Positions 51,940-62,049 of a stretch of 64,000 nt of DNA are shown here, piece by piece. The stretch comes from Promethearchaeia archaeon (GTDB lineage Archaea > Asgardarchaeota > Lokiarchaeia > Sigyniarchaeales > SOKP01), in the NCBI GenBank assembly GCA_029856125.1, contig JAHQWJ010000062.1, positions 32,001 to 96,000 on the forward strand, written 5' to 3'. Below the pieces are notes generated by a model, which saw only the letters and a list, made by a program, of their open reading frames with translations, ran no database searches and was not told the origin of the DNA. The translations under genes and the position numbers were made by a program. Within the stretch, counting starts at the first letter, position 1; the number at the start of each line of letters is the position of its first letter.

Positions 51940-53568
51940 TTAACCAGTTAAATTTTTTGAGACATAATACCCATCAAGGTAATAACCAAGTTCATAAAAC
52001 CAGTCCCTCACACCTATACCACTTATTACCGCTAATTTTTTAGAGTTGAAATCTTCAAGAGCAATTTTTTCAGCGTTTTCCATTAGTTGTTTACCAAATC
52101 CGCGATGTTGAAGTTGCGTATTCCTAAGTGGTTTTTGATCTTTAGGAACTAATTCGCCTACGACTTTAACTTCCCTTACTACCATTGTTTTTCCATCATT
52201 CAACTCTGGTCTATGAGCGTATTCTGAAGGTCTTCTTAATCTCAAGTATGCTACGAGATAATCTTCCTTTTTATTTTCGTAAGATAGAAATATTTCTTGT
52301 CCATTAGAAGCTTCATAATCGTGACGATATAATTTAATATCTTCAAATAGATTTTCATCAAAAATTTTAGATTTTTTAGCAATTCCATATTCTCGACATC
52401 TTATGCAATTACATTTAGAATTATGTTCTTCTAATCTTTTGTGTATTAATTGTCTTAAATTACTTTTTTTACATCCGGCTTCAATTAAAAACGCAGGTAT
52501 ATCTCTCATAATTCTCTGTATTCTCACATAAGAAGGAATTTTTTGTTTTACATTTGATATTAATTCAATCAATTCATCTAATGAATATGGTGTAAATTCG
52601 CCTTCTTTCCACCAATCGTATAAGATAGTCCCTTTAATTACCACGCAAGGGTAAATTTTCAACATATCTGGGCGGTAATCGGGAGAAGAAAAAAGAACAT
52701 CAAACATTTCTATATCCTTAGAGTAGTTAGAACCGGGTAGGTTAGGCATCATATGAGCATTTATTTTCAATCCAGCGTCTTTTGCAATCCTTATAGCATC
52801 AATACTGTCTTGGGTTGTATGCCCTCTATTTACTTTTTTATACACATCGTCCAACACAGTTTGTATTCCAATTTCTACTCTAGTTGCTCCATATTTCAGC
52901 ATCATGTCTACATAAGGCTCTGTACAATAGTCAGGCCGAGTTTCAATTGTCAACCCTATCAGTCTTCTTTTTGAATTCTCCGCTAGTTTTTTGGCTGCTT
53001 CTAACGAAATAACTTTGCCCCCAATTACTCCTTCGTATGCTCCTTTAATAAATTCTTCTTGATAATCAATAGGAGTAGATAAGAAGGTTCCTCCCATACA
53101 AACTAATTCAATCTTATCTACGATATGGCCAATCGCTTCTAAATCTCTGATCCTACTGAGCACTTGCTCATAAGGATCATAATTATTATGTATAGATCTC
53201 ATCGCAGCCGGTTCATGACCAGTATACGATTGAGCTACTTTTTGATCAGGTTGGGAATCTTGTCCTGGACAATAAACACATTTTCCCGGACAAGGAAGAG
53301 GTTTTGTCATTATTGCAATGACAGACACGCCTGAAATAGTCCTTGTTATCCTCCTCTTTAAGAGTTGTGTAATAACACGTAATTCTTCTTCAGTAGCATG
53401 ATGCAGGATTTGAGCGTTCTTTATAACTTTATGGTACTTATATTTCTTTCCAAATTTTCCTTTAAGGTTTGTAATTTTATGGCGAGGAGTATTTGGATTT
53501 TTCAGTAAATATTCGATAATCTCTCTGGAGATTTTATGTTCTATTTCAGAATTTGTGAGCTCATTCAT
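51940..53568 (-). CDS. elp3: tRNA uridine(34) acetyltransferase Elp3
   Basis: CPGKCVYCP, QSYTG.EPA, IETRPD, LKIYP, CIRCRE, QHRGFG. Confidence 0.96.
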   Translation of the reverse strand: MNELTNSEIEHKISREIIEYLLKNPNTPRHKITNLKGKFGKKYKYHKVIKNAQILHHATEEELRVITQLLKRRITRTISGVSVIAIMTKPLPCPGKCVYCPGQDSQPDQKVAQSYTGHEPAAMRSIHNNYDPYEQVLSRIRDLEAIGHIVDKIELVCMGGTFLSTPIDYQEEFIKGAYEGVIGGKVISLEAAKKLAENSKRRLIGLTIETRPDYCTEPYVDMMLKYGATRVEIGIQTVLDDVYKKVNRGHTTQDSIDAIRIAKDAGLKINAHMMPNLPGSNYSKDIEMFDVLFSSPDYRPDMLKIYPCVVIKGTILYDWWKEGEFTPYSLDELIELISNVKQKIPSYVRIQRIMRDIPAFLIEAGCKKSNLRQLIHKRLEEHNSKCNCIRCREYGIAKKSKIFDENLFEDIKLYRHDYEASNGQEIFLSYENKKEDYLVAYLRLRRPSEYAHRPELNDGKTMVVREVKVVGELVPKDQKPLRNTQLQHRGFGKQLMENAEKIALEDFNSKKLAVISGIGVRDWFYELGYYLDGYYVSKNLTG

Positions 53569-53676
53569 TCTATATAGAATATTATGTGGTAAATGAAAAA
53601 AAATTTTGTATTTTTTGGATCAAATAACAATATATTCTTCTAATGTTAGATTTCGTTGGTTTAAATCAAAAATTTT

Positions 53677-54513
53677 CTATATTGAGATTTTTTTCCCAGA
53701 AAAATCTCTCTTATATTTTCCAAAATCTTCCATTTTTTCTAAAACTGCTGAAGTAAAAATGGGTCCATCATTACAAACTAATAATCCAAGGGGATCTATA
53801 ACGCATAGACCACACAATCCGCAACCACACCTCATAATTCTTTCAAGACTTGCTTGAAGTTCAATTTTATTCTCAAGACATATGTGGAGCAATTTATGCA
53901 TCATAATTTCAGGACCACAGGTAAAAACTACGGTATTTTGTAACTCCTCTCTGCTCATGCTTTTAATAAGGCTTTTAAAGATTTCTGTAGTAAAACCCTT
54001 TTCCCCGTAACTACCATCATCAGTGCAGAAATGAACTTCAAACCCTTCTTGATCGTGATAATTCATGTCGTTCTTGAACACGAGTTGTTTTTTTAACTTT
54101 GCACCAATAATTAACTTAAAATTATGCTTCAGTCTTTTTAGTTCTGAAGCGAGAAATTTAAGTGGAGCTACCCCTATTCCTCCCCCGATCAAAAAAAGAT
54201 TCTTATTCTTTTGTTGAGGAATGGTAAAGTAATTACCGATTGGACCTCTAACTCCAATATAATCGCCTATTTTAAGTTGGTGAATTGAATTAGTACATTC
54301 TCCAACATTTTGAACAGTTATCGCCCACTCATCATTATCGGAATAAGACGATATTGACATTGGAATTTCATCCACACCAGGTAACCAAATCATTAGGAAC
54401 TGTCCCGGTTTAGGTTTTATCATGTCTTGTTTTTTAAATATAATAGTTTTGACTCCATGGCACTCGTCGATGATTTTAGTTATTTTTACTGTTTTAAGCA
54501 TGTTTTTAGTCAA
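53677..54513 (-). CDS. pyrK: Dihydroorotate dehydrogenase electron transfer subunit
   Basis: PGQF, RGPIGN, GGGIG, TDDGS, CGP, MRCGCGLCGLC...C.DGP. Confidence 0.93.
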   Translation of the reverse strand: MTKNMLKTVKITKIIDECHGVKTIIFKKQDMIKPKPGQFLMIWLPGVDEIPMSISSYSDNDEWAITVQNVGECTNSIHQLKIGDYIGVRGPIGNYFTIPQQKNKNLFLIGGGIGVAPLKFLASELKRLKHNFKLIIGAKLKKQLVFKNDMNYHDQEGFEVHFCTDDGSYGEKGFTTEIFKSLIKSMSREELQNTVVFTCGPEIMMHKLLHICLENKIELQASLERIMRCGCGLCGLCVIDPLGLLVCNDGPIFTSAVLEKMEDFGKYKRDFSGKKISI

Positions 54514-55432
54514 AATCGGGTACCTCTTGCGTTTTGTAATTATGTGCTAAACCCTTAATTTCAGAGATTGAATTGTATTCGTTTTCTTTAAGATATTTTT
54601 TTAATCCCTGATTTATTTCGGAGATAATCCCATATCCTTGATAGAGAGCAGTTCCAATTTGAACAGCAGAAGCTCCTGCCAAGAAAAATTCAATCGCATC
54701 TTCATAAGTAGATACCCCTCCGCATCCAATTATAGGGATTTTTAAAATTTTATATAGATCGTAGATTTTTTTCACAGCTATGGGATGAATTGCATTTCCT
54801 GAAAGACCTCCACTTCCATGCGATAAAACAGGTCTTTTTACGTTAATATCAATCTTCATAGCAGCAAGAGTATTAATTGCGACTACTCCATCGGCACCCC
54901 CTTTCTGTGCTGCTATAGCAATTTCGCCCATATTGGTTACATTTGGGTTTAGTTTAACAAACAGAGGGACACTTATTTTCTCTTTTATAGCTTTAACAAC
55001 TGAATAAGTTAGATTTTTATCAATACCTATGCTTGATACTTCAGCATGCGGACAAGAGATGTTAATTTCAATAGCGTTGGCCCCTGCTTTTTCTGCTTTT
55101 GAGGCAACATCAATGTAAGAATCCGTTGTATCCCCGAAAACGCTTACAATTAAAGGGAAACCGAATTTTTTAATCTCTTTAATTTCTGTAATAAAACTAT
55201 CTATTCCAGGATTTCCAAGACCTACACTATTTAAAAACGAGCCATTATGTAATTCAATGATTGAAGGGTTCTTATATCCCTTTCTTCGGACAGGACCAAT
55301 TGATTTAGTAGTAATTGCGCCAAATCCTGCGTCAATTAACCTTTTCATACTAGAGTAAGAAACACCTAAAATGCCGGAGGCTAAAATTAAAGGAGAGTTT
55401 AATTTTAACTCAGAAAGATTTAGTTCAAGCAT
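54506..55432 (-). CDS. pyrD: Dihydroorotate dehydrogenase (family 1B) catalytic subunit
   Basis: LASG, NSVGL.NPG, INISCPH, KLNPN, INTL, GGLSG. Confidence 0.95.
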   Translation of the reverse strand: MLELNLSELKLNSPLILASGILGVSYSSMKRLIDAGFGAITTKSIGPVRRKGYKNPSIIELHNGSFLNSVGLGNPGIDSFITEIKEIKKFGFPLIVSVFGDTTDSYIDVASKAEKAGANAIEINISCPHAEVSSIGIDKNLTYSVVKAIKEKISVPLFVKLNPNVTNMGEIAIAAQKGGADGVVAINTLAAMKIDINVKRPVLSHGSGGLSGNAIHPIAVKKIYDLYKILKIPIIGCGGVSTYEDAIEFFLAGASAVQIGTALYQGYGIISEINQGLKKYLKENEYNSISEIKGLAHNYKTQEVPDFD

Positions 55433-55502
55433 TACTATTATTATGTAAGAAATGATTATTATTATTATTTGAGAAATTTTACTAAAGCAAGTGTATAGGA
55501 TA

Positions 55503-56726
55503 ATGAGATGTTATATTATTGATTCTTTAATAGGGATATTTGCTATTGATGATGGAGGAAATTTCCTTAATTATAGAGATTTCTTAGACGACATTCAAAA
55601 ATCAGTAAATTTTTATAATTCATTAAATAAAGATACTCTCTCAGAAGGGTATTTAGACTTTATGAGTGAATTAAATAATTCTGGTTTTGATGATTTTGTG
55701 TTTGATAATAGAAAACTAAAAGACATAACACTGCAAGATTTAGGATATAACACTTCTTTTGAAAAATTATCTTTAGAATTTAAAAATTTTCGCTTCAATT
55801 TGAGTGAGCAATTGAAAAAAATAGGTATCACGAAAACACGAGACGAGATTCTCTTTTTCTTTAAGAAAGTTGAAGAACAACTGATTAAAGAACAAATTAG
55901 TCAATTTGGAAGTAAGGGAGATGTAGAAGTTGTTCAAATCATAGAAACTTTGGATATTCTTAAAAAATCAATAAGTTTATTCTCAAGCCGCATGAGAGAA
56001 TGGTATGGTTTACATTTTCCAGAACTAGTTGATAAAATAATAGAAGATAATGTCCTTATAGCAAAACTCATTTCAGTTTTAGGAAATCGTGATAATTTCA
56101 CCTATAATAAGCTCGATCAAGAGTTTGGTTTTAAAGAAGCAAGAATTAAAATGCTGCAGAATTTAGCATCCCAATCAATGGGAGCGGATATTGATCTTAG
56201 CATAATTAAAAAATACGCTAACGAAATTTTATCTTTGGATGACTTTACACATGAATTAGAGAAATATTTAGATTTAGTAATGGAACAAATTGCTCCAAAT
56301 CTTTTTGCTTTAGTTGGAGGCTTAATTGGAGCGAAATTAATAGCAAAAGCGGGAAGTTTAAAAAAATTAGCATTCATGCCAGCTTCAAGAATTCAACTAT
56401 TGGGGGCTGAGAAAGCTTTATATAGGTTCCTTAAAACCGGCGAAAAACGCCCAAAGCACGGATTAATTTTTCAGTGGAACCTAATACGGGGAAGTAAGCC
56501 ATGGAATAGAGGGAAGATATCTCGAGTGATATCTGGAAAAATTGGTATTTCAGCAAAAGTAGATTATTTTGGAGGAGAGTTCGTAGCCGATGTGCTTTCA
56601 AAAGCGATAAACGAAAAAATTCAAGAAATTGAGGAGAAATATCCTAAACCTCCTCTAAAAAGAAGTGAGCCCAAAACTAAGATTAGATCGAATAAAAAAC
56701 AAACAAGTAAAAAAAAAAGGAGGTAA
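55503..56726 (+). CDS. nop5: Box C/D RNP protein Nop5 (Nop56/58)
   Basis: REWYGLHFPEL, APNL, PASRIQLLGAEKAL, PKHGLIF; ATG at 55503 preferred. Confidence 0.95.
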   Translation: MRCYIIDSLIGIFAIDDGGNFLNYRDFLDDIQKSVNFYNSLNKDTLSEGYLDFMSELNNSGFDDFVFDNRKLKDITLQDLGYNTSFEKLSLEFKNFRFNLSEQLKKIGITKTRDEILFFFKKVEEQLIKEQISQFGSKGDVEVVQIIETLDILKKSISLFSSRMREWYGLHFPELVDKIIEDNVLIAKLISVLGNRDNFTYNKLDQEFGFKEARIKMLQNLASQSMGADIDLSIIKKYANEILSLDDFTHELEKYLDLVMEQIAPNLFALVGGLIGAKLIAKAGSLKKLAFMPASRIQLLGAEKALYRFLKTGEKRPKHGLIFQWNLIRGSKPWNRGKISRVISGKIGISAKVDYFGGEFVADVLSKAINEKIQEIEEKYPKPPLKRSEPKTKIRSNKKQTSKKKRR

Positions 56727-56733
56727 AGCTAAA

Positions 56734-57423
56734 TTGAGCAACATTAATTTAAGAACCCACCCAAAATTTTCCAATGTCTATATCTCGGGGTTACCACAGA
56801 ATCCAAAACTTTATTCTAAAAACCTAATTCCAGGCAATAAAGTATATGGGGAGAGGCTAATTACTTTTAAAGGAGAGGAATATCGAGAATGGGATCCTTT
56901 TAGAAGTAAATTAGCTGCGATGATATTGGAAAAGCCTTCGTTAGAATTCTTGACGAAAGATTTAAGTTGCTTGTATTTAGGAGCATCTTCTGGAACTACA
57001 ATTTCTCATCTTTCGGACATTGTTTACAACGGAGTTATTTACGGAGTCGAATTTGCTGAACGTAGTATGAGACAATTAATTCAAAACACCTATGAAAGAA
57101 AGAATATTGTCCCATTATTAGCTAACGCTAATTTTCCAGAAAGTTATGCTAAATCTATTTTTACTCCTATCGATCTAGTCTATCAAGACATCGCTCAACC
57201 TAATCAAGCACAAATAGCCATCGAAAACTGCAATTATTATCTAAAAAATAAGGGATTTTTAATTCTCGCAATAAAATCTCAATCAATTGACAGCGTAGAA
57301 AAGTCTGAAAAAATTTATATTCAAGAAAAAAAAATTATAGAAAAAGCGGGTTATGAAATAATTGATAGCATAAACATTCATAAGTACGCTGCAAATCACA
57401 TTATTTTAACTGTTCAAAAATGA
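56734..57423 (+). CDS. flpA: Fibrillarin-like rRNA/tRNA 2'-O-methyltransferase
   Basis: VYGE, WDPFRSKLAA, LYLGASSGTT.SH, YQDIAQP; TTG at 56734 follows GGAGGT. Confidence 0.95.
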   Translation: MSNINLRTHPKFSNVYISGLPQNPKLYSKNLIPGNKVYGERLITFKGEEYREWDPFRSKLAAMILEKPSLEFLTKDLSCLYLGASSGTTISHLSDIVYNGVIYGVEFAERSMRQLIQNTYERKNIVPLLANANFPESYAKSIFTPIDLVYQDIAQPNQAQIAIENCNYYLKNKGFLILAIKSQSIDSVEKSEKIYIQEKKIIEKAGYEIIDSINIHKYAANHIILTVQK

Positions 57424-57462
57424 TTTAAAACAGAGGAATCATAATAGATATAATTGTAAATC

Positions 57463-58161
57463 TCATTTTACAAAATCAGTTATTTTTGTGTTAGATATTT
57501 CCTCGCTGATTATTTTTTTCGTTGTTTCCCAAGATTTTCTAGCGATCAGTGGGGCTTTTTTCTTTTCTATTATCCATTCTCTCAGAAATTCTATAGATCG
57601 CGTATCGGAGGGATACCCTGATCCAAAATCCCCGTAATTCTTTTTTAATTCTTCAATAATGCTATCTCTCGTATCTTTTGCAATTATTGAGCTAGCTGAG
57701 ACGATCGGGTATAAATCATCTGCTTTATGCTTAGATATTATTTTAGTAGGCGAATATTTAAGAAGTTTTTGGATAGATTTCCCAAACCTTGCCTCGTTCA
57801 CATCTGCAGCGTCAACATAAATAATATTGGGCTTTAACGCTTCGATAATTTCTGCCATCTTAATTTCTTCAAGTCTATTCAAAGTAATTCTTTTTTTTTC
57901 TCTCGCGTCGATTTCTTGAGCCGAAATGATGATAGTTTTATAATTGTTACATTTTTTCTTTATTATTTTAGCTAGCTCAGACCGTTTTTTGGGCGATAAT
58001 TTCTTTGAATCCTTAACTCCAATATCGTCAAGCAATGTTAACTCAGCTTCGAAAAAACACACGCCACAAATTACCATTGGTCCTAATACGGGGCCTCTCC
58101 CTGCCTCGTCAATACCACAAATAACGCCTTGGTTAAATTCCTGATTCTTGGACGAGGTCAA
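57463..58161 (-). CDS. rnhB: Ribonuclease HII
   Basis: GIDEAGRGPVLGP, DSKKL, HKAD...VSASSIIAK, GSGYPSD, PIP-like TKITDF; start uncertain (TTG 58161 or ATG 58179). Confidence 0.95.
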   Translation of the reverse strand: MTSSKNQEFNQGVICGIDEAGRGPVLGPMVICGVCFFEAELTLLDDIGVKDSKKLSPKKRSELAKIIKKKCNNYKTIIISAQEIDAREKKRITLNRLEEIKMAEIIEALKPNIIYVDAADVNEARFGKSIQKLLKYSPTKIISKHKADDLYPIVSASSIIAKDTRDSIIEELKKNYGDFGSGYPSDTRSIEFLREWIIEKKKAPLIARKSWETTKKIISEEISNTKITDFVK

Positions 58162-59143
58162 TAAATTCCTCTTCGTCATCTATTTTTTCTAAATTTCTAA
58201 TTTTAACGATAGGAACTTTAATTTTTCTTAACGAATCTGGTATTTTGATGTCGTTATTTACGATAAAGAGAGAATTTATATGAAATAATTTGTTGAACTT
58301 ATTTAAGCAATTAAGACTAAGTTCGTTAATCTTTTTATCCTCTTCTGAAACGCCCGAAAAAAGAGGATACACATTTCTTTCCTTATTATCGTCAGAAACT
58401 TTGGAATATAAGGATAATTTAAACGGAATTGGGCTATTTTTATACCAATAAGAACAAATTCCAATGTCGTCTAAAACTGCTTGAAGGTGGGTTTCAAAAG
58501 GATTACGAGCAACGCACTCCCGAGGTTCTTTCCAATCAATCTCAAATTTGAAATTCCATTCAAAAAGGTTAATTTTCCTAAAGAGATCTTTATTTTCTAG
58601 GATATTTGATAGTTTTTTAGCGACTTTTTCAGAAGGTCGCATGCTTTCATTTTCGTAAGCACATACGGTACGTTTTGTTACTCCAAGTAACTCTGATAAT
58701 TCTTTTCGTGATATCTCCTGCTTTTCTCTAATGAATTTCATAACATTCCCGTTTAAAAACATTATACCACCTCCTCTTCTCGCCAGAATGTAGGGATATA
58801 AATCGTTTTCAATTATGTTTTCTAAAGTCGCTAAAGTAATGAATGGTAGCTCGTCTCTAATATATATAGTATTGTCTTCTAATTCATTGTACCGATTTTT
58901 AATACCTATTAATAATGGTTTAGATTTTAGCAATATCGACAATGATTTAATATCGTTAACAATTTCAGCGCTTACATTATCGATGTTCGTAAAAACTTTC
59001 ACGCTAAATATAATATCGTTCTTCTTGACGAGTAAATCAAAACAAAATTTACTTTTTTTATTGCAAAAATTATCTATCCTAAACGTCTCAAAACTTGCGC
59101 TCTTTAACAAATCGTCAATTTTTTCAATTATAGTACTATTCAT
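58133..59143 (-). CDS. Archaeal HTH transcriptional regulator (COG1395-like)
   Basis: CFDLLVK, KVFTNID, RRGG, Cro-type HTH ISRKELSELLGVTKRTVCAYE. Confidence 0.85.
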   Translation of the reverse strand: MNSTIIEKIDDLLKSASFETFRIDNFCNKKSKFCFDLLVKKNDIIFSVKVFTNIDNVSAEIVNDIKSLSILLKSKPLLIGIKNRYNELEDNTIYIRDELPFITLATLENIIENDLYPYILARRGGGIMFLNGNVMKFIREKQEISRKELSELLGVTKRTVCAYENESMRPSEKVAKKLSNILENKDLFRKINLFEWNFKFEIDWKEPRECVARNPFETHLQAVLDDIGICSYWYKNSPIPFKLSLYSKVSDDNKERNVYPLFSGVSEEDKKINELSLNCLNKFNKLFHINSLFIVNNDIKIPDSLRKIKVPIVKIRNLEKIDDEEEFIDLVQESGI

Positions 59144-59268
59144 TTATTCCCAAATCTAAGAAAGCTAAATAGGTTAATAAAATTTTTTTATTGTGATATA
59201 AGATTTTGGTATGATTTACTTATTCGAAAATTAAACTCTTAAACTCCGGTTTATACATATATGTTTTT

Positions 59269-59835
59269 TTATTTACTCGTAAGTTTAAGAAAATTAGAGT
59301 CTGTAATTATACCAATGAATTTTTTATCCTCTTTTACCAACACTGCCGGATAATTTATCAATAAATTTGAAATATCTTTTACGTTCCAATTTTTTTCTAC
59401 TTCTGGAAATGGCAGTTCCTTAATGTCCGTTACTTTTAGGTTTAGAATAATGGGATCGTCTGTTATGTACCCCTGAATTTTTTTAGCTGTAATACTTCCA
59501 TAATTATGATTACTCTCAATAATTGGGATTTGTGATATATTGTATTTTGTCATCAGCTCTACGGCTTCTTTCACAGTTGAATGTGGATTTATGAATATAA
59601 TTTCGGGAGTAAGAATGTCTACGGCATGTTTTATGGATCGTTTACGCGATATTCTTTCATTTTCTAAGAATTCATAAATTTGTTTAAACTTGGAGTAGGG
59701 GGGATCCATCGTCCCATTTTCTATTCTTGATATTGTAGACTGAGAAATGTTTAATTTCTCTCCCAACTCTTTTTGACTAATGTTTAAACTCTTTCGTAAC
59801 GTTTTAATTTCCAAAGGATCGGGTAATACTTCCAT
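59269..59835 (-). CDS. HTH-CBS transcriptional regulator (COG3620-like)
   Basis: ISQKELG...ISQSTISRIE.G..DP.YS plus a tandem CBS pair. Confidence 0.9.
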   Translation of the reverse strand: MEVLPDPLEIKTLRKSLNISQKELGEKLNISQSTISRIENGTMDPPYSKFKQIYEFLENERISRKRSIKHAVDILTPEIIFINPHSTVKEAVELMTKYNISQIPIIESNHNYGSITAKKIQGYITDDPIILNLKVTDIKELPFPEVEKNWNVKDISNLLINYPAVLVKEDKKFIGIITDSNFLKLTSK

Positions 59836-59868
59836 TTTAAAATCCGTAAAGCTTAATTATTATAATTT

Positions 59869-59899
59869 ATGAGCATATTTCATGCAAAACATGCATATT
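59869..59899. promoter_or_regulatory. Candidate operator made of overlapping GCAT/ATGC inverted repeats
   Basis: GCAT-N5-ATGC (59873-59885) and ATGCA-N5-TGCAT (59882-59896) between the divergent HTH-CBS and mat genes. Confidence 0.4.
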
Positions 59900-59988
59900 A
59901 TTATCAATAATTATTTATAAATGCCATTAATTTTTAAGACACATAATTAAAATAACTATTTATATAATTCACATGGAGTTTATTTAAA

Positions 59989-61230
59989 ATGTTGAAAATT
60001 ACACAAGCGAATTTTTTACCGATCGAAAAAAGTGAATTTCCGGAAATATGCGAGCGGAAAGGCGTGGGGCACCCCGATAGTGTGTGTGACGCAGTAGCCG
60101 ATGCGTGCTCGAGAGCACTTTGTGTGTACTATTTAGAAAATTACGAAAGGGTTTATCATCATAATGTTGATAAAGCAGCATTAGTTGGAGGGACTGCTAA
60201 ACCAGAATTTGGTGGAGGCTTAATAATTCAACCACAATATTTTTTAATAGTGGGAAGAGCAATAAATCAAATCCTCACTAAGTGTGGAACTGAAAGTAAA
60301 TTAGAGTACATACCAGTTGCGACTATTTGTATTGACACCCAAAGAAAAGTTCTTGCTGAAATTTTTAGAAATCTTGACCTTAATAGAGACATTCAATTCG
60401 ATTATGCCGTCCGACCTGGATCTATAGACTTAACTGGAGTTTTTGATGACTCCCACCACACAGACGACATACCACTTTCAAATGATACGAGCTTTGGAGT
60501 GGGTTATGCACCCTATTCAGATGTAGAAAAGATAACGTTAGAAGCTGAATATTTACTCAACTCAGATAAATTCAAAAATACATGTAAAGCTTCGGGAGAA
60601 GACATTAAAGTTATGACGGAAAGACTCGGTAATAAAGTAGGAATTACTGTAGCAGCTGCTATGGTTAGCAAATACATCAATGACACCGATGAATATATTA
60701 GTTACACAAATCAAATTAAAGACGCTGTTTTAGACTTGGCGGCTAAAATCATCCCCGAACGCGAAGTCACTTGCCAAGTAAATGTGGGAGATAATGTCGA
60801 AAAAGGAATTCTTTATCTTACAATAACTGGAACTTCAGCTGAAGCTGGAGATGATGGTGAAGTAGGAAGAGGTAATCGATCGAATGGATTAATTACTCCT
60901 TGTAGACCGATGAGTTTGGAAGCAGTGTGTGGAAAAAACCCGATAAACCATGTAGGTAAGCTGTATAACATTCTAGGCACAGAATTGAGTAGAGAAATCT
61001 ATAAAAGAGGAGAAGGGGATATTTTGGAAGCACATGTAAAATTACTTTCCCAGATTGGACGCCCTATTACTGATCCGTGGGTGAATTCGATAGAACTGAT
61101 CCCTGCTGAAAATGTGAACTTTGCGAGCATTAATAAGATAGCTCAAGAAGTTTCTGAAGAGATGTTAAGCAAGGAGTATTTTATTGACTTACGGAAGCGT
61201 TTGATTGAAGGAAAAGTTCAAGTGTATTAA
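59989..61230 (+). CDS. mat: Archaeal S-adenosylmethionine synthetase
   Basis: [49 protein letters not shown]. Confidence 0.96.
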   Translation: MLKITQANFLPIEKSEFPEICERKGVGHPDSVCDAVADACSRALCVYYLENYERVYHHNVDKAALVGGTAKPEFGGGLIIQPQYFLIVGRAINQILTKCGTESKLEYIPVATICIDTQRKVLAEIFRNLDLNRDIQFDYAVRPGSIDLTGVFDDSHHTDDIPLSNDTSFGVGYAPYSDVEKITLEAEYLLNSDKFKNTCKASGEDIKVMTERLGNKVGITVAAAMVSKYINDTDEYISYTNQIKDAVLDLAAKIIPEREVTCQVNVGDNVEKGILYLTITGTSAEAGDDGEVGRGNRSNGLITPCRPMSLEAVCGKNPINHVGKLYNILGTELSREIYKRGEGDILEAHVKLLSQIGRPITDPWVNSIELIPAENVNFASINKIAQEVSEEMLSKEYFIDLRKRLIEGKVQVY

Positions 61231-61252
61231 TTTTGAGTGTCGATCAGTTACA

Positions 61253-61270
61253 TTTTTTTTTATTCTTTTT
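61253..61270 (+). terminator. Poly-T tract after mat (archaeal-type terminator)
   Basis: T-rich run starting about 22 nt after the stop codon. Confidence 0.4.
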
Positions 61271-61362
61271 ATATTAATTACTGAGAGCTATATTTTATGA
61301 ACAATTACTTTATTTTTATATTGAAAGAATTAAACAGTTAAAGATGATTTGGTGACACAAAA

Positions 61363-61617
61363 TTGGGATTAGATAAGTGGATAAAAACAGAAGTATCTGA
61401 AAAAAAAACTGAGAAAAAAGAAGAGGTAAGATCAACAAAAAAACCTAAAACTCAGCCAATAAAGAAGAAAAGTGAAATTGAATCAATAAATTTAACAAAA
61501 TTTGTTCTTATCTGCTCTAAACCAAAATGTAAATATAAAAAGATAATAATGAAAAAGGAATTATCTGAAAAAGATCGTATTTGCCCACGATGCAAAAACG
61601 AAATGAAAGTTCAGTAA
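61363..61617 (+). CDS. Small basic zinc-ribbon protein
   Basis: GGTGA before the TTG start; CSKPKC...CPRC. Confidence 0.7.
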   Translation: MGLDKWIKTEVSEKKTEKKEEVRSTKKPKTQPIKKKSEIESINLTKFVLICSKPKCKYKKIIMKKELSEKDRICPRCKNEMKVQ

Positions 61618-61620
61618 ATA

Positions 61621-61875
61621 CTAATTAGTAACATCTTTTTCAAGAAATTTTTTATCTGAAAGATTGTTGAGATCGAATTGTGTTTCGCAATTTGGACATC
61701 TATCTTTTGTTTTGCTGTATTTCAAGATTAAATAAAGTATAAAGCCTAATCCCATCGTTAAGATGACGGAGAAGCAAAGAATTTCGTGATACATATGTTC
61801 AAAATTCTTCCTTCTAAGAATGACATTCTGTTCGCATGTTGGGCAAAAGACTGTTTTTTTCCCCGTTATAATCAA
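61621..61875 (-). CDS. LITAF-like zinc-ribbon membrane protein
   Basis: CPTC, then a roughly 20-aa hydrophobic segment, then CPNC. Confidence 0.65.
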   Translation of the reverse strand: MIITGKKTVFCPTCEQNVILRRKNFEHMYHEILCFSVILTMGLGFILYLILKYSKTKDRCPNCETQFDLNNLSDKKFLEKDVTN

Positions 61876-62049
61876 CTATTTTTAGTTACTTTATATAAAT
61901 AAGTAGGTAAATTGTTATTTAATTATTTTATGGTAATTAAAAATGTTGGAGAAATCACTGAATTAAACAATCTGTTAGAATTTATTAAGTTTGAACTTTA
62001 TAAGATATATAAGTTCTTCTTAAAAAATTAAAAAAAATGAACCCATAAA

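Noticed and set aside
56665-56733. Possible frameshift fusion of nop5 and fibrillarin at the A10 run
   Set aside because: Both genes are complete, fibrillarin has its own GGAGGT and TTG start, and the A run encodes the Lys-rich Nop5 tail.
7025-60181. Many short antisense or alternate-frame ORFs (e.g. 23513..24049, 47886..48302, 49806..50261, 18254..18490, 53606..53857)
   Set aside because: They overlap well-supported genes and show no recognisable motifs.
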